Source: Octopus sinensis (Eukaryota). Taken from it: a stretch of DNA of 21,876 bases. The stretch spans positions 1 to 21,876 of the forward strand of contig NW_021836999.1 of the NCBI RefSeq assembly GCF_006345805.1, in the 5' to 3' direction. Under the pieces are notes generated by a model. It did no database searches. It saw nothing but the letters and a program-made list of their open reading frames with translations, and was not told the DNA's origin. Within the stretch, counting starts at the first letter, position 1. Every line of letters begins with the position of its first letter. Position numbers and translations under genes: made by a program. This document shows, piece by piece, positions 1 through 10,053 of this stretch.

Positions 1-74
1 TATTTTTTTTTCTTTCCTTGTTTCCCGTTTTTACTCTCGGTTCTCCACGTACGTACACACACACACACTCACAC

Positions 75-232
75 ACCGCTTGGCAAACGGTGTTGCTGTG
101 TCTACGTCCCCGTAACTTAGCGGTTCGGTGAAAGAAACAGATAGTATAAGGACTAGGCTTTTAAAAAATAAGACCTGTTCAACTATAGGCGGTGCTCCAG
201 CATGGCCACAGTCAAACGACTGAAACAAAGAG
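75..232 (+). mobile_element. SINE family A, 3' fragment
   Basis: Aligns to the 3' half of the 250-655 copy (cgtccccgtaacttagcggttcgg...ggcggtgctccagcatggccacagtcaaa); diverged. Confidence 0.8.
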
Positions 233-249
233 TATATATATATATGAAA

Positions 250-655
250 GGCGCAGGAGTACTGTGTAGTAAGTAGCTTGCCTACCAACCACATGGTTCC
301 GGGTTCAGTCCCACTGCGTGGCATCTTGGGCAAGTGTCTTCTGCTATAGCCCCGGGCCGACCAATGCCTTGTGAGTGGATTTGGTAGACGGAAACTGAAA
401 AGAAGCCCGTCGTATATATGTATATATATATGTATGCGTATGTATGTTTGTGTGTCTGTGTTTGTCCCCCTATGATTGCTTGACAACCGATGCTGGTGTG
501 TTTACGACCCCGTCAACTAGCGGTTCGGCAAAAGAGACCGATAGAATAAGTACTGGGTTTACAAAGGATAAGTCCCGAGGTCGATTTGCTCGACTAAAGG
601 CGGTGCTCCAGCATGGCCGCAGTCAAATGACTGAAACAAGTAAAAGAGTAAAAGA
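250..655 (+). mobile_element. tRNA-derived SINE family A, near full length (octopus-type; family name unverified)
   Basis: The tRNA-like head has a degenerate A-box and B-box GGTTCAGTCCC (302-312). It is followed by a CTTGGGCAAG core-like motif, an internal (TA)n and a (TAAAAGAG)n tail. Homologous pieces occur at 75-232, 2601-2662, 5762-6211, 8190-8280 and 8915-8975. Confidence 0.85.
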
Positions 656-741
656 TATATATATATATATATACACACACATGTATACACACCTCTTTAT
701 CTGCGCATTTGTGAATTTGCATACGTCTGTGCAGAATGTTT

Positions 742-1289
742 ATGCACACACACACACCCACACACACACACCCACACACACACACCCACACACACACACC
801 CACACACACACACCCACACACACACACAGATAAACACACACATATCAATACATAAACATACACCCACACAGCCACGCGCAAGCGCATACAGACAGATGTT
901 TTGCCTTCCCCTACCCCTCTCCCATCACGCCATACACCTACATCTCCCACCCACCCACCACCCACCTCCGTCCCTCACTTCCCTTCTTCCGTCCATCACC
1001 AACGCCCTCTTTGCCATTTTGTTTCATTCTATTGGAACTTCCGCCAGGAAAATAAAATAAAATAAAATATACACACACAAAAAAAATAATGATAATAATA
1101 ATAATAATAATAACAACAACAACAACAACAACAACAATAATAATAATATTAATAAATAAAATAACAAACAAAAGGCAACAAGCAAAGAATTAATGAATAT
1201 ATAGGTCAAAAACTCTTATACATACATACACACACACATATATATATGTATATATATATGTATATATATATGTATATATGTATGTATGC

Positions 1290-1320
<31 letters not shown>

Positions 1321-1392
1321 CTTATATATATACATGTATTTGTGTGTGTACCATATGTATACATGTATATTTTTGTATATATACATGTGTAC

Positions 1393-1435
<43 letters not shown>

Positions 1436-1460
1436 GCATATATATATGTATAATATATAC

Positions 1461-1492
<32 letters not shown>

Positions 1493-1578
1493 CGTGTATG
1501 TATGTGTTTGTGAGTGTACGGTAGCAATCAAACACCACATTTGATAGTGTCTGACTTGTTCTAATTTGTGTGTGTGTG

Positions 1579-1611
<33 letters not shown>

Positions 1612-1658
1612 TGTGTGTGGTTGTGTGTGTACATGTATAGATAGATAGATAGATAGAT

Positions 1659-1695
<37 letters not shown>
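742..1695. repeat. Compound microsatellite block: (CA)n, C-rich tract, (ATA/ACA)n, (TA)n, (GT)n, (TAGA)n
   Basis: Read directly from the sequence; explains the I/Y/H/T/V/C-rich ORFs in the track. Confidence 0.95.
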
Positions 1696-1880
1696 CTGGT
1701 TTGTTTTTATGTTTTCATTTCTCATTGTGTTCAACCGTTTTTTTTTTTTATGTCCTGTACCCATATATGCATGTATATATGTAGGTATGTACATATATTT
1801 ATGTATATACGCAAATATTTATATATTATTTATATTATCGTATGATCGAACGTCACGCATCCTTTGCCAAGTAAGTTTTT

Positions 1881-2570
1881 CGACTTTGCCTTTCATCCTT
1901 TCGGGGTCGATAAATAAAGTACCAGTTACGCACTGGAGTCGATGTAATCGACTTAGTTCCTTTGTCTGTGCTTGTTTGTCCCCTCTATAGTTAGCCCCTT
2001 GTGGGTAATAAAGAAATAGGTATTTCAGCTGTCTTTACGTTCTGAGTTCAAATTCCGCCGAGGTCGACTTTGCCTTTCATCCTTTCGGGGTCGATAAACA
2101 AAGTACCAGTTACGCACTGGGGTCGATGTAATCGACTTAGTTCCTTTGTCTGTGCTTGTTTGTCCCCTCTATAGTTAGCCCCTTGTGGGTAATAAAGAAA
2201 TAGGTATTTCAGCTGTCTTTTCGTTCTGAGTTCAAATTCCGCCGAGGTCGACTTTGCCTTTCATCCTTTCGGGGTCGATAAACAAAGTACCAGTTACGCA
2301 CTGGGGTCGATGTAATCGACTTAGTTCCTTTGTCTGTGCTTGTTTGTCCCCTCTATAGTTAGCCCCTTGTGGGTAATAAAGAAATAGGTATTTCAGCTGT
2401 CTTTACGTTCTGAGTTCAAATTCCGCCGAGGTCGACTTTGCCTTTCATCCTTTCGGGGTCGATAAACAAAGTACCAGTTACGCACTGGGGTCGATGTAAT
2501 CGACTTAATCCCCTTGTCTGTCCTTGTTTGTCCCCTCTGTGTTTAGCCCCTTGTGGGCAATAAAGAAATA
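1881..2570 (+). mobile_element. SINE family B head-to-tail array, ~3.75 units of 184 bp, 5'-truncated
   Basis: CGACTTTGCC recurs at 1881, 2065, 2249 and 2433 (184-bp period). Units are near identical, each carries B-box GTTCAAATTC, and the array ends in AATAAAGAAATA. Confidence 0.92.
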
Positions 2571-2600
2571 TATATATGCATATGTATGTATGCGTGTGTG

Positions 2601-2662
2601 TTATTTTACTCTTTTGCTTGTTTCTGTCATTTGACTGTGGCCATGCTGGAGCCCCGCCTTGA
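2601..2662 (-). mobile_element. SINE family A, 3' terminal fragment
   Basis: Reverse complement of 595-655 (tgtcatttgactgtggccatgctggagc). Confidence 0.8.
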
Positions 2663-2784
2663 AAACAATAATGCCGTTCCCATGCCAGGAATGGAACCCG
2701 GGCCCTGTGTCCGTGTGCGTGTACGTATGCGTATGCGTATGCGTGGCGCGCGTGTGTACGTACATCAGGAGGAAAAAGTCAAAA

Positions 2785-2900
2785 GTTGCCGCTCTACTAT
2801 GGTAACTGTACGACAGGGAAGCGTACTACAGTAGCGTACCAATGTCATACGACAACAGTAACACTGCCATGGTAACAATACCACTGCTGTCGTACCACTA
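2785..2900. promoter_or_regulatory. Candidate regulatory element with RFX/X-box-like sites
   Basis: GTTGCC (2785), TATGGTAAC (2798-2806) and CTGCCATGGTAAC (2864-2876) in unique, non-repeat sequence; motif similarity only. Confidence 0.25.
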
Positions 2901-2904
<4 letters not shown>

Positions 2905-2943
<39 letters not shown>

Positions 2944-3064
2944 GTTTCCTACACAGAAAACGTCAATGCTTCGTCAGCATTCCTTGGCGGCGACTGTGTT
3001 TTTCTTAGAAAAAAGAAAACGACAGTATCCAAGTGCTTTCTCTCTCTCTTACTCTCTCTCTCTG

Positions 3065-3107
<43 letters not shown>

Positions 3108-3390
3108 TGCTATCTATGTCTATCTATCTCTTTCAGTCCCTCTCTCTCTGCCTCCCTATCTCTGTTTCGCTACCTCTCGCATACATACATACATACATAC
3201 ACACATATATATAGATAGATATACATTTATATGTATATTTATATTTATATACTCTGTGTGTGTATATGTTTGTGTCTATATATATATATATATATCTATA
3301 TATATATATATATATATAATATATATCAATGTATATATGTAACATCACAATGCTACCTCTTAGCTTTCTCCACATATATATATATGTGTG
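2905..3390. repeat. (GT)n, (CT)n, (TACA)n and (TA)n microsatellites
   Basis: Read directly from the sequence. Confidence 0.95.
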
Positions 3391-3802
3391 TTTGTGTGTA
3401 TGTATGTCATTATTCAGTTTTATTTCAAGATTTCTTGCCGATAGAGAAAGTGCCGATTTGTAACGTAGATTCAAGGCTCCTTCATTACAATTCCAACATC
3501 AACAGAACAGAGTATTTTTATATCTATGTTTATATGCATGTATATGTGCATGTTTTGTAAGTTTTGTCTTATGTGTGTATGTAAACGTTTCGACCGGGAA
3601 GACTATAAACGTATCTCTTATCTATTCGTTTATATTTGTCATGAATAAAAACGAACACTTAAGAAGCAACAATTTCAAATCTGAATTGCTTGTTTTTCTC
3701 CTCAAATCGAAACGTCTGTGGTTTCATTGACGCGAGACAATTGATGTTATTTCCTTTCGTTTTTGGATCGTTGTTTACAAATTCATACAATTTGTGTGTG
3801 TG

Positions 3803-3841
<39 letters not shown>

Positions 3842-3998
3842 TGTGTGTGTATACGTGCGTGTGTGTCTGTGTGTGTGCTGCTATTATGAACACTGGTAGT
3901 TCGTATGCGATAAAAACTTAGTTTCTAAGGTTACACACGGTGTCTCACGTGCAGATCATATATTCTTTAAGCTGAACATATGTTTCATCAGAAGGTGA

Positions 3999-4000
<2 letters not shown>

Positions 4001-4066
<66 letters not shown>

Positions 4067-4118
4067 TAATAACAATAATAATTATAATTATAATAATGAT
4101 AATAATAATAATAATAAT

Positions 4119-4168
<50 letters not shown>
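4001..4168. repeat. (AAT)n microsatellite, ~55 units, at the 3' side of the minus-strand SINE concatemer
   Basis: Read directly from the sequence; a second (GAT)/(AAT)n tract lies at 4661-4737. Confidence 0.95.
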
Positions 4169-4169
<1 letters not shown>

Positions 4170-4658
4170 CCTTTCTACTGTAGGGGGAAGGGGACCAGTC
4201 GATTACATCGAAAGGATGAAAGGCAAAGTCGACCCTGGCAGCATTTGAACTCAGAACGTAAAGACAGGCGAAATACCTATTTCTATTTCTTTATTACCCA
4301 CAAGGGGCTAAACACAGAGGGGACAAACAAGGACAGACATAGGTATTAAGTCGATTACATCGACCCCAGTGCGTAACTGGTACTTAATTTATCGACCCCG
4401 AAAGGATGAAAGGCAAAGTCGACCTCGGCGGAATTTGAACTCAGAACGAAAAGACAGCTGAAATACCTATTTCTTTATTACCCACAAGGGGCTAACTATA
4501 GAGGGGACAAACAAGCACAGACAAAGGAACTAAGTCGATTACATCGACCCCAGTGCGTAACTGGTACTTTGTTTATCGACCCCGACTTTGTTTATCGACA
4601 GGCGAAATACCGCTAAGCATTTCGCCCGGCGTGCTAACGATTCTCCCAGCTCGACGCC
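4170..4658 (-). mobile_element. SINE family B concatemer (head plus three joined bodies of different subtypes)
   Basis: The head (rc ggcgtcgagctgggagaatcgttagcacgccgggcgaaatgc) is at 4600-4658, with unit junctions GAAATACCTATTTC at 4270 and 4460. Confidence 0.88.
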
Positions 4659-4676
4659 TCAATGATGATGATGATG

Positions 4677-4724
<48 letters not shown>

Positions 4725-4744
4725 TAATAATAATAATGCTAAGC

Positions 4745-4890
4745 GGTTTTTCGTCCAAGGTCGACTTTGCTTTTCATCCTTTCGGGGTCGATAAAATAAA
4801 TACCAGTTGCATACTGGGTCGATGCAATCGACCTAACCCCCTCCCCTTTAAATTGCTGCCCCTGTGCCAAAATTTGAAACCAATATTATA
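4745..4890 (+). mobile_element. SINE family B variant (alternative tail tgtgccaaaatttgaaacc), 5'-truncated
   Basis: Shared core gtcgactttgcttttcatcctttcggggtcgataaa followed by a different tail. Confidence 0.8.
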
Positions 4891-5259
4891 CCATTCTCAT
4901 TGAAATGTATGACTTTTATGGTCGAACAACGAAGCCAGCCAGCATATTAATAGAAATGATAGTCAAAGATGAACATCTTTATCATATTCGTTAAGCAATT
5001 GTACCGCCTCGTGGTACCTATTTTACTTAATCATTACCAACAAAGAAGAAACTATTCAATGTATCATAGTGGCAGTTGCTTTTGTTAATTAACCCTGATC
5101 TAGTCCTGGTGGAAGAAATCATAGACTTTCCGAACCATAGACTTTCCGTCTTTGTAGTTATATTGTAATGTTCTAATTACTCTGTTGTTGTCATTGTTGT
5201 TGTTGTTGTTGTCGTCGTCGTTGTTGTTGTTGTTGTTATTATTATTATTATTATTATTA

Positions 5260-5495
5260 TAGCGTGGTTTCGTGGTTAGGGCATTCGGCTCAAGATCGTA
5301 ACCTTCGTGAGTTCGATTCTCGGCAGCGCGTTGTGTCCTTGAGAAAGACACTTTATTTCTCGTTTTTCCAGTCCACTCAGCCAGTAAAAATGAGTTGTAC
5401 CTGTAATTCAAATAAATGCTGAATCTCCCGGAGAACTATGTTAAGAGTACACGTGTCTGTGGAGTGCTCAGCCATTTGCACATGAATTTCTTGAG
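5260..5495 (+). mobile_element. tRNA-derived SINE family C (V/Meta-like central motif)
   Basis: A-box-like TGGTTTCGTGG, B-box GTTCGATTC (5311-5319) and central TGTGTCCTTGAGAAAGACACTTT. An inverted partial head follows at ~5497-5545 and another fragment lies at ~11035-11058. The superfamily name is from recall. Confidence 0.7.
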
Positions 5496-5761
5496 GCTCT
5501 AGGACACAATGCACCGCTCAGTCCGGGAATCGAGTACTACGATCTATAGTTTAATTAATACAGCTAGTATACTAATATAGCAACAGCGTTCAAGCCGTTA
5601 TATTAATGGCGTACACTGCATTGAATGCAGTTGCTATAGTGATGAGAGAGTTAATGAAATATTGATGATGTTGTTCTGAGATGTAGAGTTTAAAATTCGA
5701 GATGACTGATACTGTTGTGGACAGAGAGTAACATTAAGGCGACAAAGACATCATGGACTCT

Positions 5762-6211
5762 TCTATTCTCTTTTACTTGTTTCAGTCATTTGACTGTGGC
5801 CATGCTGGAGTAACGCCTTTAGTCGAGCAAATCGACCCCAGGATTTATTCTCTCTAAGCCTAGTACTTATTCTATCGGTGTCTCTTTTTTACCAAACCGC
5901 TAAGTTACGGGGACGAAAACACACCAGCATCGGTTGTCAAGCAAATTGACCCCCAGGACTTATTCTTTGTAAGCCTAGTACTTATTCTATCGGTCTCTTT
6001 TTGCCGAACCGCTAAGTTACGGGGACGAAAACACACCAGCATTATACGACGGGCTTCTTTCAGTTTCCGTCTACTAAATCCACTCACAAAGCTTTGGTCG
6101 GCCCGAAGCTATAGTAGAAGACACTTGCCCAAGGTGTGCCACGCAGTGGGTCTGAACCCGGAACCATGTGGTTGGTAAGCAAACTACTTATCACACAGCC
6201 ACTCCTACGCC
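5762..6211 (-). mobile_element. SINE family A, full length with internal 114-bp tandem duplication
   Basis: Reverse complement aligns to 250-655; GCAAAT(C/T)GACCCC recurs at 5827 and 5941. Confidence 0.88.
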
Positions 6212-6589
6212 TGTTTAGAGAGATTGAGAAACCGTATGAAATTACTGGTACTGGACAATAATGTTCAATACCTACCACCATGGCATTTAACACAGAACTG
6301 ACCCCTAGTTGTTGAGGTGGCTGTTGTTGTTGTTGCTGCTGCTGCTGTTGATGTTGTTTTATCCCTTATGTCAAAACTGATCAAGCAAATCAACGGACAA
6401 TCCCCATTTTTTTTTTGGTGGGGGGAGGTATGTTTGGAACTACTGCTATCTAATATGCCCTTCCTCCGTTTTAAAGACAGCAGGATGCTATTGGAAGGTG
6501 ATTTGGTTGCTGTTTCTAGCAGATCGATCGACCATGTACATGCTCCTTCGTTGACTCCGTGATGGGAAGGAGAAAGAAAAGCGACAGTA

Positions 6590-6960
6590 ACAGAAAACAG
6601 TGAAATGGCCGAGTCGGTAGAGCATCGGCTAGAATGCTTCGTTGTATTTGTTCGGAATTTCTGCGCTTTGAGTTCAAATCCTGCCAATGTCAACTTTGTC
6701 TTTCTTCTTTTTTTTGCGGGGGGGGGGGGGATCAATAACATAAGTACCAATAAAATAAAGTACCAATCGAGGACAACAGAAAACAGTGAAATGGCAGAGT
6801 CGGTAGAGCATCGGCTAGAATGCTTCGTTGTATTTGTTCGGAATTTCTGCGCTCTGAGTTCAAATCCTGCCATGGTCAACTTTGTCTTTCGTCTTTTTGG
6901 AGGGTGGGGTGGGGTCAGTAACATAAGTACCGATAAAATAAAGTACCAATCGAGGACGGT
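6590..6960 (+). mobile_element. Diverged B-related SINE head/body, tandemly duplicated (186-bp period)
   Basis: CAGAAAACAGTGAAATGGC at 6591 and 6777; A-box-like TGGCAGAGTCGG and B-box GAGTTCAAATCC. Confidence 0.75.
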
Positions 6961-7069
6961 ACTTTTGTGGAGTTGTAAGAATGTCGAACTGGATGTCTTG
7001 CGGTATTTTTGCTGGGTCTTTCAAGTCTGAGATCTATATCTACCCACAGTGTACTTTGCTGGGTACACC

Positions 7070-7800
7070 ACTACCAACAACAACAACAACAACACCGCTG
7101 CCACCATCTCCACCACCACCAACAACATCATCATCACTACCACCATCAACAACAGCAACAACAATAACACCGTCACCACTACCACCAACACCGCCATCAC
7201 CACCACCAACGCCATAACCAACACCATCACTAACAACAACAATAACAACAACACTACCATCACCAACACCGCCACCATCACCTACACCGCCACCACTACC
7301 ACCAACAACACCAGCGCCAACAACATCACTAACAACAATAACAACACTACCATCACCAACACCGCCTCCATCACCACCACCATCACCTATACCATTCACC
7401 AACACCGCCACCATCACCAACACCACCACCATCACCTATACCATCACCAACACTGTCACCATCACCACCACCAATACCACCACCATCATCAACACCACCA
7501 CCACCAATACCACCGCCACCACCACCACCACCAATACCAACACCATCACCACCACCAACAACAACACCACCACCACCAATACCACCGCCACCACCACCAC
7601 CACCAATACCAACACCATCACCACCACCAACAACAACACCACCACCACCAATACCACCGCCACCACCACCACCACCAATACCAACACCATCACCACCACC
7701 AACAACAACACCACCACCACCAATACCACCGCCACCACCACCACCACCAATACCAACACCATCACCACCACCAACAACAACACCTCTACTACCAACACCG
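7070..7800. repeat. Degenerate (ACC/AAC)n tract containing a perfect 72-bp minisatellite x4 (~7495-7785)
   Basis: ATACCACCGCC recurs at 7507, 7579, 7651 and 7723. Confidence 0.92.
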
Positions 7801-8189
7801 CCACCTGGCACCGTGATGTGCTTTTAGCAAAGTCTACATTGCTGCAAACATTCGAGCTAGGCTCCCAGTTAAGGGACACCTCCGTCTGTCCCTGCTCCCG
7901 TTCCTCCCTCCTTCCCGCCAGCCAGTCTCGAGGCCCTGGGTCGGGTCTAGAGTATAAAAGATAAAAGAAGACAAAAGGCGGCAGAAGAAACACTGTTGAA
8001 TTAACGAGTGTTCCACTGTGCTGCAGAGCTTAGTTCCATCCTTTGAAGAATTGAGTTCCGTTCTTTGCAGTGCCAAGTTCTCTTTCATCGACAATGTAAT
8101 TGGGAATTCCAGTAAACAAATACTTAAGACTGGTGAGGAAGTTTGGTCACTATGTAATTGTGTTAATGAAGGTTGTGTGTCTGTCTCCT

Positions 8190-8280
8190 ATAGCAGAAGA
8201 CACTTGCTCAAGATGCCACGCAGTGGGACTGAACCCGGAACCATGTGGTTGGTTAGCAAGCTACTTACCACACAGCCACA
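8190..8280 (-). mobile_element. SINE family A, 5' fragment
   Basis: Reverse complement matches the head at 255-350. Confidence 0.85.
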
Positions 8281-8467
8281 CATATATATATATGTATACA
8301 TATACACACAAGCTTTAGGCATATAACATACTTCACGTATGAGTATAATTGTATCATTGAAATGTCAGAAGCTGCGACTTTCACCCGGGAAAAATTCCTT
8401 CAAAGACATATTGTGCCAAACATGACAATATACTTCAGAGCTATATATATATATATCTATATATATA

Positions 8468-8871
8468 TCTATCTTTATATATAAAAGAGAGGTTGTGTGC
8501 TGTCTGTCTCCTACGATTTAGATTCCTAACTACTCCCACATTTTGCGGTGCAGTTTAACCAAAACCGAGTATCCTATAGTCGTGATTCATATCGAGCCCT
8601 TCTGGGTATTAGCGCGCGTCTACGATGAGTCTACGATTTTAAAAATAATTTACCATCATTTTTTTCCATTTTAATGCATTTTTTCGCTATTATATAAGGG
8701 AAGTAACTCTCTAAAAATGTCTACGATGAGTCAATGATTTAAAAAAAAATTTTCCATCATTTTTTTCCCATTTGTAATGCATTTTTTGCTATTTTTTGGC
8801 TATAACTCTCTAAAGATGCTTATATAGTTATTTCCCTTACAAACCCGAGCAACGCCGGGCGATACTGCTAG
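8468..8871 (+). mobile_element. Non-autonomous Helitron, copy 1
   Basis: Termini A|TC (8467/8468) and CTAG|T (8868-8872). A GC hairpin CCCG(A)GC-AAC-GCCGGG at 8844-8859 ends 8 nt before CTAG. There is no TSD, and an inverted second copy lies at 20475-20867. Confidence 0.82.
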
Positions 8872-8914
8872 TAGAATATAAAATTGAAAAGAACAGACAT
8901 AAAAGATAGATATA

Positions 8915-8975
8915 GGCACAGGTGTGGCTGTGCGGTAAGAAGCTTGTTTCCCAACCACATGGTTCTGGGTTCAAT
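8915..8975 (+). mobile_element. SINE family A head only
   Basis: ggcacaggtgtggctgtgcggtaagaagcttgtttcccaaccacatggttctgggttcaa. Confidence 0.8.
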
Positions 8976-9195
8976 TTTGGGGTCTCTACTGCCACGGGCT
9001 CGACCATGAACCTATCACAGAGCGACCGACAAGTGAACAGTTTGCCCTTCGGCGTCTGACGACCTGCGGAGCCTGGTTGGTGGCTGAACACACCAAGCCG
9101 CCGCTGGAGAAGGTGTCACAGCATGTGACATCCCAGTTGAGGGGCCTACCACCTCGGAAAGGAGGATTGCTTTAACCCATTAGCGCTCTATTTTT

Positions 9196-9422
9196 GGCGA
9201 GCTGGCAGAAATATTAGCACGCCGGGCGAAATGCCTGGCGGTATTTCGTCTGCCGTTACATTCTGAGTTCAAATTCCGCCGAGGTCGACTTTGCCTTTCA
9301 TCCTTTCGAGGTCGATTAAATAAGTACCAGTAAATCACTGGGGTCGATATAATCGACTTAATCCCCTTGTCTGTTCTTGTTTGTCTCCCTCTATGTTTAA
9401 CCTCCTGTGGCAATAAAGAAAT
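9196..9422 (+). mobile_element. SINE family B, full-length monomer
   Basis: tRNA-like head ggcgagctggcagaaa...gagttcaaattcc, core gcctttcatcctttcgaggtcgat, tail aataaagaaata. Confidence 0.9.
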
Positions 9423-9439
9423 ATATTTTTCTGAGATAT

Positions 9440-9998
9440 CTTTAGTTAGTCATCAAGACCTTGAGACCTTTTGGCCCCCGTGCCATTCAAAGTAGACCTC
9501 ACACATGGTTCCAGCAAGATGGGGCAACTGCTCATACCGCAAGAGAAACAATGCAGTTGCTATGGCAGTGCTTTGGAGAGAGAACAATCTCCCGATACGG
9601 CAATGTCAACTGGCCTTCACGTTCCCCAAAAGTTGACTAGCCCGAACTTTTTCTTGTGAGGATATCTGAAAGAGAGGGTTTACGCAACAAACCGGAGACC
9701 CTGGTGCAGCTGAAGGAGAACATCAATAGAGAAATCAGAGAAGTGGTGTCTGAAACTCTTGAGGGTGTTATGGTACAAGTTTTGGAAAGAGCAAGGGTAT
9801 AATACAGAGCTGAAAATGACTGCCATTTAAGTAATGTCATTTTTTCATAAGGGATGTAGTGGTGTTGCAAAATTTGACTTGTACATATTAATTTCCATTA
9901 TGTCCTTTATATTGTATCAAAAATTCATGCACTTATTTGTAAAGTTAAGGGAGTTATTAAAAATTGAAACCCATTCGTGATTTTTGGGACACCGTGTA
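9440..9998 (+). mobile_element. Decayed Tc1/mariner transposon, 3' part (transposase C-terminus, DD41D spacing) with right TIR and TA
   Basis: From 9506 it reads WFQQDGATAHTARETMQLLWQCFGERTISRYGNVNWPSRSP, then (frameshift) LTSPNFFL*GYLKERVY, then (frameshift) NKPETLVQLKENINREI...ENDCHLSNVIFS*. The terminus is ...TTTTTGGGACACCGTG|TA at 9996/9997. Confidence 0.9.
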
Positions 9999-10053
9999 TA
10001 AGTAATCCTGCAAAGGACCGGCGTTTCCGTCTGAGTTGGGAATATATGTTTGT

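Noticed and set aside
1881-2570. CRISPR-like or satellite appearance of the regular array
   Set aside because: No unique spacers; the units are SINE bodies in a eukaryotic context.
3936-3944. CACGGTGTC resembling a left TIR for the mariner relic
   Set aside because: Only 9 bp match, preceded by CA rather than TA, and ~5.5 kb away.
31-6924. Track ORFs overlapping SINEs (e.g. 31-486, 444-833, 6265-6924, 6605-7030)
   Set aside because: They are translations of SINE plus microsatellite sequence; the same peptides (MPRSGTEPGTMW) recur wherever the SINE does.
7049-7816. 255-aa Thr/Asn/His-rich ORF and its antisense Val/Gly ORFs
   Set aside because: Low-complexity ACC/AAC repeat lacking stops by composition; non-ATG start and a phase-breaking indel near 7394.
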